From a virus (lineage: Duplodnaviria; Caudoviricetes): DNA of 31,076 nucleotides. The stretch is taken from IMG/VR virus record IMGVR_UViG_3300037518_000590, positions 1 through 31,076 of that record; one strand, 5' to 3'. A program made the position numbers and the translations under genes. Every line of letters begins with the position of its first letter. Within the stretch, counting starts at the first letter, position 1. Under the pieces are notes generated by a model that had not been told where the DNA came from, made no database searches, and saw only the letters and a list, made by a program, of their open reading frames with translations. Below are positions 15,180-24,750 of the stretch, piece after piece.

Positions 15180-15803
15180 ATGAAGCACGCAAGCCTCTTG
15201 CTACTGATCTGCACGCCCTGCGCCTTCGCTCAGGATTGGGAGTCCTCCTACAGCTACATCGGAGTCGACTACGCCCAGCTCGACGTCGACGTGCTCGGGA
15301 CCACGCTCGACGCCGACGGGTTTGCGCTCGAAGGTTCCGCTGCGCTCGCCGATCACGTTCACGTCTTCGGTACCCATGCCAGCGCAACCAGCGATGACCT
15401 GTCGGCCGATGTCACCTATCAGGAGCAAAGCGTCGGTCTCGGTGTGCACTTCAACCTGCAGCGCGCCTCCGTGCTCGTCCAGCCTGCGGTCAGCGTGTTC
15501 GCCCGTATCGGGTACATCGATGGCGAGATCGAGGTCGACGGGCTCGGGTCATTGTCGGACGACGGGATCACGCGCAGTTTCGGGATTCGTCTGATGCCAG
15601 GCCCGCGGTCCGAATTCCGCGGGGCAGTCGAGTATGTCGACATCGACAGCACCCGGAGCGGCACGGCCGTGTCCATCGGCGGCGACATTTACATCGGCGA
15701 ATCGTCAGCGCTCCGGCTCGGCTACATTGACTACCTCGACGAGGACGCCGAGGCGCTGACGGTCGGGGTGCGGTTCTACTTCGGGAACAGCGCAGCCGAC
15801 TAA
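15180..15803 (+). CDS. Outer-membrane beta-barrel protein (moron)
   Basis: Signal peptide ending AFA; SYSYIGVDY...DADGFALEGS; alternating beta-strands; near-terminal VGVRFYF. Confidence 0.8.
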   Translation: MKHASLLLLICTPCAFAQDWESSYSYIGVDYAQLDVDVLGTTLDADGFALEGSAALADHVHVFGTHASATSDDLSADVTYQEQSVGLGVHFNLQRASVLVQPAVSVFARIGYIDGEIEVDGLGSLSDDGITRSFGIRLMPGPRSEFRGAVEYVDIDSTRSGTAVSIGGDIYIGESSALRLGYIDYLDEDAEALTVGVRFYFGNSAAD

Positions 15804-15813
15804 GGCGGCGTGA

Positions 15814-16263
15814 TCAGCGCGGCGGACGATCGTCCGAACGCTGGCATTCCGTCACGTTGTATCGGGCGCCATCGTTGATGGTCTGGTACTCGGCCTGCTT
15901 CTGATCGTAGGACTCGGCCAGCACATCGTCGACGGCCTGGCTGTTCGGATCCATTCGCAGAAAGAAGATCCGGCAGATCTCCTGACCGAGCGACAGCCGA
16001 TAGTTTTTCGTCTGCTGCGTCAACAGCGCATCGAGTTTCGCCTGGACATCTTCGAGCTGGTCGGCCTTCGCCGTCCCGCCCTGCCAGGGCAGCGTCTCGG
16101 ACACGACCATGTGACCGCACTGCACGGCGAACAGGAACAGAAGCGAGTAAACGACCTTCACTTGCCAGTGCCTCGTCTGTTCAGGACGCGCGCCGACCGG
16201 TGGAGGCGTAAGCCAGAGCCAGATCCGGAGACCAAATCGTTCGACGTCACTGACCACTCCCAT
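15814..16263 (-). CDS. Membrane-anchored hypothetical protein (lysis region)
   Basis: One hydrophobic segment followed by a coiled-coil-like stretch. Confidence 0.55.
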   Translation of the reverse strand: MGVVSDVERFGLRIWLWLTPPPVGARPEQTRHWQVKVVYSLLFLFAVQCGHMVVSETLPWQGGTAKADQLEDVQAKLDALLTQQTKNYRLSLGQEICRIFFLRMDPNSQAVDDVLAESYDQKQAEYQTINDGARYNVTECQRSDDRPPR

Positions 16264-16340
16264 TCACCGCTGCTCCGATTGGGCGGCTACCTGGCCCGAA
16301 GGCGATCGGATGGTGTTTGCGACGAGCACAGTTGCCGCGC

Positions 16341-16922
16341 TCACGCCCGGTCCTGCCGCACGTCTTCGCGCTCGTTCTGCGCGTCGTCGCGTTCTTGCTG
16401 GTAGCTCATGATCGCGGTTTTTTGTTTCGAGCCGACCGACGACCCGAAATAGTAGTCCTTGCTCGCGAACACCATCGCAAACAGCACGCCGAGCGCGGTG
16501 TCGAGGATGCGCATCGCGGAAGGGTCAATGGCGACGCTTGCGACGACGACGTAGAACTGTGCGGCCAGCACGGCGAAGAAGCCGCACGAGTACAGGTAGG
16601 CCAGATTGCGCGGCGTGCTGTCGCCGGTTTCTACCTCCCGATGGCGGGCGTCAGCGCGATCGCCAGCGAGTACGCGCTCGAGGTCGACACCTGCCTCGGC
16701 GAGCTTGGCCTCAAGTGCCGACTCGATTTCGGCGACCTTTGCCATGGCGGCCGGGTCACTCTCAAGCATCATTGCGGCGGCCTCGTCTGAGTCTACGCCA
16801 AGTCCCTCGCGAATCATGTTGCCCGCCATGCCGCCGAGCGGGCCGCCGAGCATGCGCCCGAGGTTCGGTGCCGCGAGGCCGACGAGCTTCTTGAGCTTCT
16901 GGCCAATCTTCAACTTTGCCAT
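16341..16922 (-). CDS. Holin-like membrane protein
   Basis: LGGPLGGMAG...DRADARHRE...two TM segments...YYFGSS.GS. Confidence 0.7.
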   Translation of the reverse strand: MAKLKIGQKLKKLVGLAAPNLGRMLGGPLGGMAGNMIREGLGVDSDEAAAMMLESDPAAMAKVAEIESALEAKLAEAGVDLERVLAGDRADARHREVETGDSTPRNLAYLYSCGFFAVLAAQFYVVVASVAIDPSAMRILDTALGVLFAMVFASKDYYFGSSVGSKQKTAIMSYQQERDDAQNEREDVRQDRA

Positions 16923-16934
16923 TCGTCGATCCTC

Positions 16935-17294
16935 CTATTGCCGTCGATCCTTGATGTGTCCTGGCCAGACCCGATTCAATCGCTTGAACCAGATCTCGGC
17001 GCTGCGCTTCCGGGCCCCGCTACTTTCATGGTAGTGCCGTTTGACGCGGGCCGTGAAGGTGATTTCATGCGGCCGCTCGCGGAAGATCCATGAGCCGAAG
17101 CTCAGGTTCCACCAGATGTCGCCCGGGTAAGCGGCAATCCCTGAAATCCATGCGACGGCCTGCCAGGCCCACCAAACCGGATCGTCGTCTTCGTTGGCCT
17201 GCTCAATGAGCGGCTGCATGTGGGCGACGACGATGTAGCCAATCAGCGTGATGAGCGGCAGGAGCACAAAGAGAAAAAGTACGATGTTCATCAC
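16935..17294 (-). CDS. Phage membrane protein
   Basis: N-terminal TM segments; E.P.E.TFT.R.KR...PGH C-terminus. Confidence 0.6.
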   Translation of the reverse strand: MMNIVLFLFVLLPLITLIGYIVVAHMQPLIEQANEDDDPVWWAWQAVAWISGIAAYPGDIWWNLSFGSWIFRERPHEITFTARVKRHYHESSGARKRSAEIWFKRLNRVWPGHIKDRRQ

Positions 17295-17303
17295 AAACTC
17301 CGG

Positions 17304-17819
17304 TTATGCAGCCTCGGCGAAGTCCGAAGGCGCGGTCGGCGGCACGAAGCTTTCCGTCCACCGCGCCGCCCCTTTCATCGCACGGAACTCGTCAACCCAT
17401 CCGTTCATGTAGCCTGTGCCGGATTGGTAGTAAGGCGCGCCAACAACGACATCTCGGCTGACGCCGCCAGTCGCGGATGCGACCGAACCCGAAGCCATCA
17501 GCACGCCGTCATAGAACAGGTACATGATGAGATCCTTGACCGTCATCGCGACGTGCATCCACTGGTTTAGCGTCGGTGTCCAGGCTTCCGACAGCGAGCC
17601 GCCGGTGGTCCAGTTGTGTCTCCCACTACAGAGCGGGCTGCCGCTGGTGCCCATCCACATGTACCAGCTGCTGGCCGTGTCGCTGTTCCCGTTGCGCTTC
17701 GCCCACCAGCCGGGAAACGACGGCGAGGTCAGGTCGACGACATAGAACCAGCCGTCGAGCGTGTAATCGGCCGTGCCCCACTGGAATGTGCTGCCGCCCG
17801 AGCCGTCTGGCAGGCGCAT
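17304..17819 (-). CDS. LamG/concanavalin A-like domain, apparently N-terminally truncated
   Basis: DYTLDGWFY...NQWMHVAMT...LFYDG...MNGWVDEFR..KG.ARWT.SF.PP. Confidence 0.7.
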   Translation of the reverse strand: MRLPDGSGGSTFQWGTADYTLDGWFYVVDLTSPSFPGWWAKRNGNSDTASSWYMWMGTSGSPLCSGRHNWTTGGSLSEAWTPTLNQWMHVAMTVKDLIMYLFYDGVLMASGSVASATGGVSRDVVVGAPYYQSGTGYMNGWVDEFRAMKGAARWTESFVPPTAPSDFAEAA

Positions 17820-18006
17820 TCGCCGCCCGCTCGCCCGGTTGTCGAATGACGTCGACCCGAATGTAACGCGACACTCGGTTTGTCATTTTGCGACACGGTT
17901 TGTCATCCCTTAAGGGCGAATAACAATGCGCATATTCCAGGTTGATATGCACACCGCTCAGGCTGCTGCCGGGTAATCGGACGGCGCTACAGGCGGCGTG
18001 AAATTC

Positions 18007-18894
18007 TCAAACCGTCGGCGGCGCGTCTTTGTACGGATGCCCGCCCGGCAAATTCGCCTCAAGCCCCCACTTCCAGGCGAGATAGCCCTCGAGCAGTTGT
18101 CTGTTTGTAGTGGTCAATTCGGTGTTGCCAGCGACGACTTCGCACAGGTCCATGTCCGCGTGATTTGCTGCGTTTGGATTGGCTCCTACGCTTGTCGGGT
18201 AAGCGCCCAAAACCAGCGCGCCGTTACTCGTGGTATTGCTCGTGTTGCCGGCGCCGACTTTCCCTGAATCAGATCCGGCCGCCGCCCCATCTGCAAACAA
18301 GTAGGCTTCATCGTCCGCCCATCGGATATCCCAGGCAGCCAGCACGTACGCGTCATACGACGAGCCAGCAGACGATGGAAACCTCAGAAAATTGCCGCTG
18401 CCATCCACGCGCTCACTTTGCACGGTCGGCGCGTTGTAATAGCTCGCATCATTGTTGCGACCGATAAACGGCGCCATGCGGGTGGCTCCGGCACCGCCCG
18501 TACCGACTAACAGATTTCGATTGGCACCCGCCGCATCGTCGCCCGTCTTTTTGTAGATCGCAATCGTCCAGCCGTACCCGACATTCCGCCAGGCGTCGCG
18601 CAGCGCTGAGTCGTGATTCCAAAGGTAATCGGAGCTGCCGTCGAAGCTCACGACGTCGAGCCCGTTTAGTTCTTCACTCAGGACAGCAGGCTGTTCGCTG
18701 GTCGTTGCCTGGACCAGGTGGTAATCGTTTCCGCTCTTGTCGTTCCATTGCGAAACCCCGGTCGCTATCGTGATCGACGCGGAGTCAGAAGCATCGAACC
18801 ACAAGACGGTCGCGATTTGCGCCGGTGTCCACAATGTGGGCTCGCCACCTGCCGGTCTGCGCCACGCCGCCGCTGCTCGCATTAACGCACTCAT
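18007..18894 (-). CDS. Tail-associated lectin-like (LamG-related) protein, candidate receptor-binding protein
   Basis: LWFDASD...VSQWNDKSGN...Q....QP...NG...FDG..DYL...EGYLAWKWGL...HPYK; located at the end of the tail operon. Confidence 0.7.
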   Translation of the reverse strand: MSALMRAAAAWRRPAGGEPTLWTPAQIATVLWFDASDSASITIATGVSQWNDKSGNDYHLVQATTSEQPAVLSEELNGLDVVSFDGSSDYLWNHDSALRDAWRNVGYGWTIAIYKKTGDDAAGANRNLLVGTGGAGATRMAPFIGRNNDASYYNAPTVQSERVDGSGNFLRFPSSAGSSYDAYVLAAWDIRWADDEAYLFADGAAAGSDSGKVGAGNTSNTTSNGALVLGAYPTSVGANPNAANHADMDLCEVVAGNTELTTTNRQLLEGYLAWKWGLEANLPGGHPYKDAPPTV

Positions 18895-19649
18895 GCGGCC
18901 GTCGTCTCGCCGGCCAGCTTGTAGACGTCGGCGGCTCGGCGCTTCAGCACCGCGAAGTCTCCCTGCTCCATGACCAATGTTCCGCCACGCGGAGTCACTA
19001 TCACAGCGTCGTTGTCCTCGACCAAGGTCAGCCCGCCAGCTCCAGCGATCATCAATCCGAACTCTGCCGCCGCCGCGACCGGTTCCGTCGCGTCATCCAG
19101 CAGTGTGAGCGTCACGGCCGTCGCGCTGGTGAACTCATGCCAGGCCCCGTTCGTCAAGTCACCGAGCGTGTAGGTGTCGCCAGCGAGCGTGACGACCGGC
19201 GCGGTGGCCGGCCCGCTGTCACCGCTCTCGCCGGACACAATGCCATCGCCGTCGTACCGCAACAGAATCGTCTCGCCGGCGGCGACAGCGACGCCGGCGT
19301 CGCCAGTGGTGCCGGTCGTGACCGTCAAGGTTTGGGCGGTGTTGTTGGTCAAGAAGAACCGCGGCCGAGACGGACCGCCGTACAACGCGTCGAGGTCCGG
19401 ATAGACGACGTTGATCGGCCCGGTCAGCACGACGCCGGTGTCCGACATCACAATGACACCGTACGGCCACTCGTCGGCCGGATCGAGCGGATCGCTCGCC
19501 TGGAACACGTAGTCCTCGTCGGCCGGGATGTCGATGACGATCTCCCCGAACATCGCGGCCGTGATCGCGCGATCGCCAGCGTTGATGACGACGTGGGGTT
19601 GCGCCTGCGCCTGTACCATCTCGGCGAAGCCGAGTTGCGGGTTGGTCAT
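18891..19649 (-). CDS. DUF2793-like tail accessory protein
   Basis: N-terminus NPQLGFAEMVQAQAQPHVVIN; follows the GTA-like tail-tip gene. Confidence 0.6.
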   Translation of the reverse strand: MTNPQLGFAEMVQAQAQPHVVINAGDRAITAAMFGEIVIDIPADEDYVFQASDPLDPADEWPYGVIVMSDTGVVLTGPINVVYPDLDALYGGPSRPRFFLTNNTAQTLTVTTGTTGDAGVAVAAGETILLRYDGDGIVSGESGDSGPATAPVVTLAGDTYTLGDLTNGAWHEFTSATAVTLTLLDDATEPVAAAAEFGLMIAGAGGLTLVEDNDAVIVTPRGGTLVMEQGDFAVLKRRAADVYKLAGETTAA

Positions 19650-19659
19650 GTCGTTTCCT

Positions 19660-22419
19660 TCAGAGGGTCGCTTCGAGCGGATAGCCGCGGCCGACGACGG
19701 CCGACAGCTGGTAGATCCGGACCGTGACTTCGGCCTGCGCCGATCCGAAGTCCGTGGTCTGCTGGGCCGCGGTGTACAGCGCCGCAGGTGACGTCAGCGA
19801 GCCGATGGTCCGAACGACCGTCGACCCGTTCAGGATGTCAACCTCGTACGCTTCGCTTGCCTCCGACATTGGCACCGGCGCCCCGTCGAGCAGCGTGTCG
19901 GCAAGGCGGTCGCGGCGCGTCCAGCCGATCGTAAGATCCCCGGTCGAGTCACGCTCCCCGGCGGCCTGCACCGGCGAGAACGGCTCGAGCGCTTCGCCCG
20001 ATCCGGTGAACGTCTGGTCGACGCCTGCGGCGAAGGCGGCGCCATTGGTCACCGGCCGGTAGATCCGCTCGGCGCCGATCTCGTTGTTCGCAAGGCTCGG
20101 ACGGATGATTCCAGGCCCCGAGACCAGAACGAAGGTGTCGCCCGGCTGCGCTGTCCCGATCAGATGCTCGGTGCCACGGCGCCCCTGCAGGAGCCGCGTC
20201 AGGCGATATCGCCCGGTCGCGATCAGCTCGGCGCTGGCGAACTGGAAGATGTGCCAGCGGCCGTCCGCGCCAATCGCCGCACCGTTCGCGCCGGCGAGGA
20301 CCGCAGCGTCCGTCCGACTCTCGAGCGTGCCCTGGCTGATATCGACGACGATTTCGCGCGCGTTGTCCCAGGTGTGCGGGTCGCCATCCGCCGGTGCGCT
20401 GACGACCGTCCCGATCGTCGCCTGGTTCGCCACCGTCGCGATGTTGTCGTAGGTCTCCCCGTCGACGGATCGAAACACCCGCGCGCCAGGCCAGTCGGTG
20501 CCGATGCCGGTGCGGACCGCGGCGACGTAGAACGCAGCGTTGTCGTCGGCCTCCCTGAGCGCCGGAAGATCGAGAAAGATCAGCGCGGTGCCGCCAAGCA
20601 GCACAACGCTCGACGGCGGTCTGAGTCCGGCGGGCGCAAGCCCGATCGACGTGTACGCATCATCGTCGTCACGCACCGCCTCGGCCGATCGGATCACGAG
20701 TCCCGCGTCGCTGATCGAGGTCAGCCGGATCCGGTAGAGCCGACCCTCGTCCGGCACCAGCAGCACGTCGGCAGGCTCAAGCCGATGCCATTCCGGACCG
20801 AGTGTGATCTGGTAGTTCCAACGGCTGGCCCAGGCCTCGCGGTGCACGATGTCCACGATCTGCGAGGCCTTCGCGTCGGACATCGCGACCGAAAGCTCCG
20901 TCGAGACGTCGTTGACGGCAATGGTATTGTGGCGCACGCGCGAGAGCTGCTCACCGCGCTCGTAGTCTCGCGCGACCGAGCGATAGCGCAATCTGACCTG
21001 CCGCGGCAGCTCGACGTCCTGCGCCTTCACCACCGAAAGCCCCGGCGGCCCCTCGGCGCCTGACTCGTGGACGCCGAAGTCGTCGACGGTCAGTGTCGCA
21101 ACGGGTGCTTTGCCGCGGGCCGGGAAGCGCAGCGTTGGTCCGCGCTCAACGATATCGAACATTCCGACAGTCCGAAGCGGCGCGAGTGCGGAGCGCGCCG
21201 ACGTCTCCCGGGTCAGGGTGTAGCCGTCAATGAAGTTCTCAAGGTGGTCTGACGCATCGATGCTTTCAACCCCTGCGCGCCCGCAGATGCTTCGAATGAC
21301 GCTCTCGAGGGATGTGCCGTTCGTCTCGGTCCAGTGACGGAAGCTGTCGATCGCGAACGCGCCGTCACCCCAGGCGAAATCCGCGCGCGACGTCCAGTGC
21401 GCGGCGCCCGGCGGCGCAACCCCGCGCGCGGTCGGGCGGACCCATTCCGCCAGCGCGTCGTAGCCATAGATGAGCGCGCTGTAGGTGGTGCCGATGATCG
21501 CCATCGCTTCGTCGTACCACTGGATGCCGATCCGTGCCCAGGGCGCATCCTCGTCCGCGCCCCAGCTCTCCGACGGACTCTGCAGCCTCGCCTCGAGGCC
21601 GACGACGGTGCCGGGCTCGACGGTCGGACGGGCGTCGTTCGTCAGCGTCTTCTGCGTGCTGTTCGGATTGGAGGTGAAGCCCGCCCGTGCAGACCAGGTG
21701 CCGTCGAAGGTCGGCCCGACTTCGTCAATCGTGCCGGAGCCTGATCCGGTCCACGTCCACCCGGTGTCCCCGCCTTCGAAGTCGGCGTTGTCGAGCTCGT
21801 CACCGTAACGGACGAGCCCGCTGGTGCTGAGTCCGCCGGTGAGCCGAAACTGAAAGCGCCTGAGCACACTCATGCCGACCTGATCGAGCATGGCACCCTC
21901 GACGTCGGCCGACAGCAGATACTCCGTGTCGTAGCGATCGCGTTGCTGCCGGTAGTAGAGCGAGCTGCCCCGGACGTACGCGAGGATCACGTCGGACGTG
22001 CCGCTCTCGGTGGCGAGCTCCCGGTGGTCGTCGAGCGAGCAACGCACGCTGGTCGAGCCGGCCGGCAGTGTGTCGGTCGTGAAGCCGGGAATCGTCGGGT
22101 CGAACCAGTAGAACCTTGCCGCGCCGTTGGCAGTGTCCCAGGCGATGACCGGTTGCATGTTCTGGTCGAAGGCGAGCGAGCACGAGATAACAACGTCGGC
22201 GACAGAGACGAGCGTGACCGGATCGACGCCGGGCGTGTCGATGATGAAGTCGCCCTCGACAAATCGCAGCCGCCAGATCCGGACCTCCAGCCCCTCGCTG
22301 CCGTCGTTGAGCGCGACACCGCCGAGCTCGAATTCCTCGAGCGGCCGCTTGTAGCGGTTGCGGGGCGGCAGGAACGCGGCCGGGTACGGCTCGGTCGACA
22401 GTACGTCCTGAGGCAGCAT
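19660..22419 (-). CDS. Tail tip/host-specificity protein (GTA-like C-terminal half) with carbohydrate-binding-like insert
   Basis: LPRQVRLRY...RDYE; LDLPAL; LLQGRRGTE; IGWTRRDR...SEAYEVDI...YTAAQQTTDFG...IYQLSAVVGRG; NADFEGGDTGWT insert. Confidence 0.85.
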   Translation of the reverse strand: MLPQDVLSTEPYPAAFLPPRNRYKRPLEEFELGGVALNDGSEGLEVRIWRLRFVEGDFIIDTPGVDPVTLVSVADVVISCSLAFDQNMQPVIAWDTANGAARFYWFDPTIPGFTTDTLPAGSTSVRCSLDDHRELATESGTSDVILAYVRGSSLYYRQQRDRYDTEYLLSADVEGAMLDQVGMSVLRRFQFRLTGGLSTSGLVRYGDELDNADFEGGDTGWTWTGSGSGTIDEVGPTFDGTWSARAGFTSNPNSTQKTLTNDARPTVEPGTVVGLEARLQSPSESWGADEDAPWARIGIQWYDEAMAIIGTTYSALIYGYDALAEWVRPTARGVAPPGAAHWTSRADFAWGDGAFAIDSFRHWTETNGTSLESVIRSICGRAGVESIDASDHLENFIDGYTLTRETSARSALAPLRTVGMFDIVERGPTLRFPARGKAPVATLTVDDFGVHESGAEGPPGLSVVKAQDVELPRQVRLRYRSVARDYERGEQLSRVRHNTIAVNDVSTELSVAMSDAKASQIVDIVHREAWASRWNYQITLGPEWHRLEPADVLLVPDEGRLYRIRLTSISDAGLVIRSAEAVRDDDDAYTSIGLAPAGLRPPSSVVLLGGTALIFLDLPALREADDNAAFYVAAVRTGIGTDWPGARVFRSVDGETYDNIATVANQATIGTVVSAPADGDPHTWDNAREIVVDISQGTLESRTDAAVLAGANGAAIGADGRWHIFQFASAELIATGRYRLTRLLQGRRGTEHLIGTAQPGDTFVLVSGPGIIRPSLANNEIGAERIYRPVTNGAAFAAGVDQTFTGSGEALEPFSPVQAAGERDSTGDLTIGWTRRDRLADTLLDGAPVPMSEASEAYEVDILNGSTVVRTIGSLTSPAALYTAAQQTTDFGSAQAEVTVRIYQLSAVVGRGYPLEATL

Positions 22420-22425
22420 CGTCGC

Positions 22426-23448
22426 CTACGTGGTACGCGCCCAGGCGAGTCGGAAGACCAGCGAGAGCTGGGCGGTGTTGTCCTTGGGGATGGCAGGATC
22501 GAATTCGCACTGGAACTCCATGCTCTGTCGCTCTGCCACCGACACCGGCTGCGAATTGCCCCAAAAAACCGCAACCGATTGAATGCCACCCGCGAAGTTG
22601 CCGTCGTCGAGTCCGAAGCTCCAGGTGGTATCCCGAAAGAAGTTTCCGGGCGTGTAAGCGCCGTCCGATGCGTTGTTACCGCCGTCGACCGAACCTGCCG
22701 GCGACCCGGTCACGGCCCCGATGGCGCCGTCGTAAGCGTTGATCCCGTTGTTCGAGCCGCCATCGTCAGCCGTCGCGATGAAGCCCCCGCCGGTGTAAAG
22801 ACCGCGCGCCCACGCGAGGTTCGAGGCCCTGAGCGTCGTGTCGTGCGATCCGCTGCCGGTGATCGTGATCGAATCCACGTCGTCCACCAGCGGCGGGTAG
22901 ACGATGAGCTCGTAGGCAACATCCAGGAACTCATCGGCCGCCACCGGGAAGGTCGTTGGGCTCCCACCGCCGTCGACGATCAGCGCACGCGAGAACAGGG
23001 TTGCGTCGCCGGTACCGACGCCCACCTCCGCGAGGTTGCCCTCGGCCGCGCCCTGGGCGAAACGGTAAACCACCGTCGAGTGATTGTCGAACGGCGAGCT
23101 GCCGTTCACCGTCCGGCCGACGCTCGTCTGCGTGCTGGTGGTCGCTACCTGGGCACCGAGGGCTGTGTCGGTCGCCGCCGGCGCGGTGTTGTCCGTGCCG
23201 ACCTTGCACTGTGGAAAGGGTGTGTTGTCACTCGCGCAAAGATCAAGCCCGGTGTTGGTGATCAGGTTGTCGATCCATCGCGTCTGGCGCCGGACCGTGA
23301 CACCGTCGCGACCGATGGCCGAGAGGCGGAACCGGCCGCGCAAGCGCATCGGCAGCAGAATCTCACGCTTCGGCTCGAGCAGTTTCGGTCGATGCGTCCA
23401 CACACGCGGCGCCTTAATGTCGGTCGCTAAAGCGATTGGCCCTGTCAT
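22426..23448 (-). CDS. Virion structural/tail protein
   Basis: WIDNLITNTGLD...VGT...P..TDTAL...YRFAQGAAEGNLAEVG...LFSRALI...IPK. Confidence 0.75.
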   Translation of the reverse strand: MTGPIALATDIKAPRVWTHRPKLLEPKREILLPMRLRGRFRLSAIGRDGVTVRRQTRWIDNLITNTGLDLCASDNTPFPQCKVGTDNTAPAATDTALGAQVATTSTQTSVGRTVNGSSPFDNHSTVVYRFAQGAAEGNLAEVGVGTGDATLFSRALIVDGGGSPTTFPVAADEFLDVAYELIVYPPLVDDVDSITITGSGSHDTTLRASNLAWARGLYTGGGFIATADDGGSNNGINAYDGAIGAVTGSPAGSVDGGNNASDGAYTPGNFFRDTTWSFGLDDGNFAGGIQSVAVFWGNSQPVSVAERQSMEFQCEFDPAIPKDNTAQLSLVFRLAWARTT

Positions 23449-23672
23449 TCCGTGCTCCTTGATGATGGTTTCTCGGCGGCGGCGGCGCTACTGTCTTTCT
23501 CGCTTTTGCGGCCAGCCGCGAAACTCGACTTTCGAACCTCTGCGATGAACTGATCCATCTTGCTGTTCGTCGTGTCGTGGACTTCCTTGACTTTGACGAG
23601 GACCAGCAGCAGCCCGCCGATGGCGGTCACCAGGGTCGACAAGGCAATCGCAAGATTGGCAATTTCAATCAC
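23445..23672 (-). CDS. Small single-TM protein (holin-like) within the tail module
   Basis: Likely GTG start 23672; hydrophobic N-terminus, then VHDTTNSKMDQ and a basic tail. Confidence 0.5.
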   Translation of the reverse strand: MIEIANLAIALSTLVTAIGGLLLVLVKVKEVHDTTNSKMDQFIAEVRKSSFAAGRKSEKDSSAAAAEKPSSRSTE

Positions 23673-23694
23673 TGAGGTCGCTCCGTTGATTCCC

Positions 23695-24750
23695 CTAGGA
23701 AAGCGTGCCGCCGATCGGTGTGACCGACACGTCGATCTCCTCGTCGTCCGTCGGCCAGATGTCGTAGGTGACCAGGACGACATCCAGCAGTCCGGACACA
23801 GGCGCTGCGGCGATATCGATTTCTTCTGGCTCGTAGTTCTCGTAGCTCACCAGCTGGCTCGCCATCGCACCCGACACGGGCGCCGCGCCGATATCGATTT
23901 CCTCTGGCTCGTAGTTCTCATAGCTGACCAGCTGACTGGCCATCGCGCCCGACAACGCCATCGCTCCGACGTCCAGCGACTCGATCACCGACGGCGGATT
24001 ACCGCCCCTGACGGGCGCGGCCCCGACGGTCATCTGCTCCTCAAGGCCGTACGGGTACGGCCGGGACGTCAGGACAAGCTCGCCTGACGAGACAATGCCG
24101 ATCTTGAGCACCGGCTGGCGGTTCCCCTGGTCCAGCCTGAGCGCCCGGTGCGGCCAGACGATAAGGCAGACGCCCCGGTAGCCAGGCACGTTGCCCACGC
24201 CTTCATGCTCTTCCAGCGTCGGATCCGGCAGCTGGCTCTCCGTCCCCGGATAAAAGACGAAGGTCTCCGCATACGCGGCGGTCATCGCCACCCGGCCGGC
24301 GTAATCCGTGTCGCTCTCATCGCCGCGCTGCGGCCTGACGTCGTAGACCAGCTCGCCGTTCTCGTAGATAAACTCGACGCCCGATTTGATGCCTTCGCAA
24401 AGCGCGACGGCATAGGTCTGAAAGTACGTGAAGGTCGTTTGTTCCGGACCGCCCTTGCCAACCTCCTCCGTCGTCGCGAGCTCCCCGACCGGCCCCAGAT
24501 AGATCGGGAACCCAGGCACCGCGTCGCGCCCGTACACGACCATGATTGGCGCCCCGGGATCGACGTTCAGCGATTCGAAATCGTCGAGCCTCGGGCCGTC
24601 CGGCAAGGGCGCCGGGAAAAGAAGCTGGCCCGCCGATAGACCGTAAAGCGACCCCTGGAACGCGCCCTTCGCCGCACCGCCAGGGCCCGCGACAAGGAAG
24701 CCAACGACCCCGCCGGCGATTGTTGTTAAGGCTTGTTCGGTGTTGCTCAC
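23695..24750 (-). CDS. Tail protein (N-terminal part of a GTA-like tail-tip protein) with C-terminal repeats
   Basis: GPRLDD...GAPI..VYG...GKGG...YAVALCEG...YPGTESQLPDP.LE...G.GNVPGYRG. Confidence 0.8.
   Translation of the reverse strand: MSNTEQALTTIAGGVVGFLVAGPGGAAKGAFQGSLYGLSAGQLLFPAPLPDGPRLDDFESLNVDPGAPIMVVYGRDAVPGFPIYLGPVGELATTEEVGKGGPEQTTFTYFQTYAVALCEGIKSGVEFIYENGELVYDVRPQRGDESDTDYAGRVAMTAAYAETFVFYPGTESQLPDPTLEEHEGVGNVPGYRGVCLIVWPHRALRLDQGNRQPVLKIGIVSSGELVLTSRPYPYGLEEQMTVGAAPVRGGNPPSVIESLDVGAMALSGAMASQLVSYENYEPEEIDIGAAPVSGAMASQLVSYENYEPEEIDIAAAPVSGLLDVVLVTYDIWPTDDEEIDVSVTPIGGTLS
23791..23952 (-). repeat. 78-bp tandem coding repeat (x2)
   Basis: SGAMASQLVSYENYEPEEIDI(G/A)AAPV repeated twice, with degenerate flanking copies. 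Confidence 0.85.
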
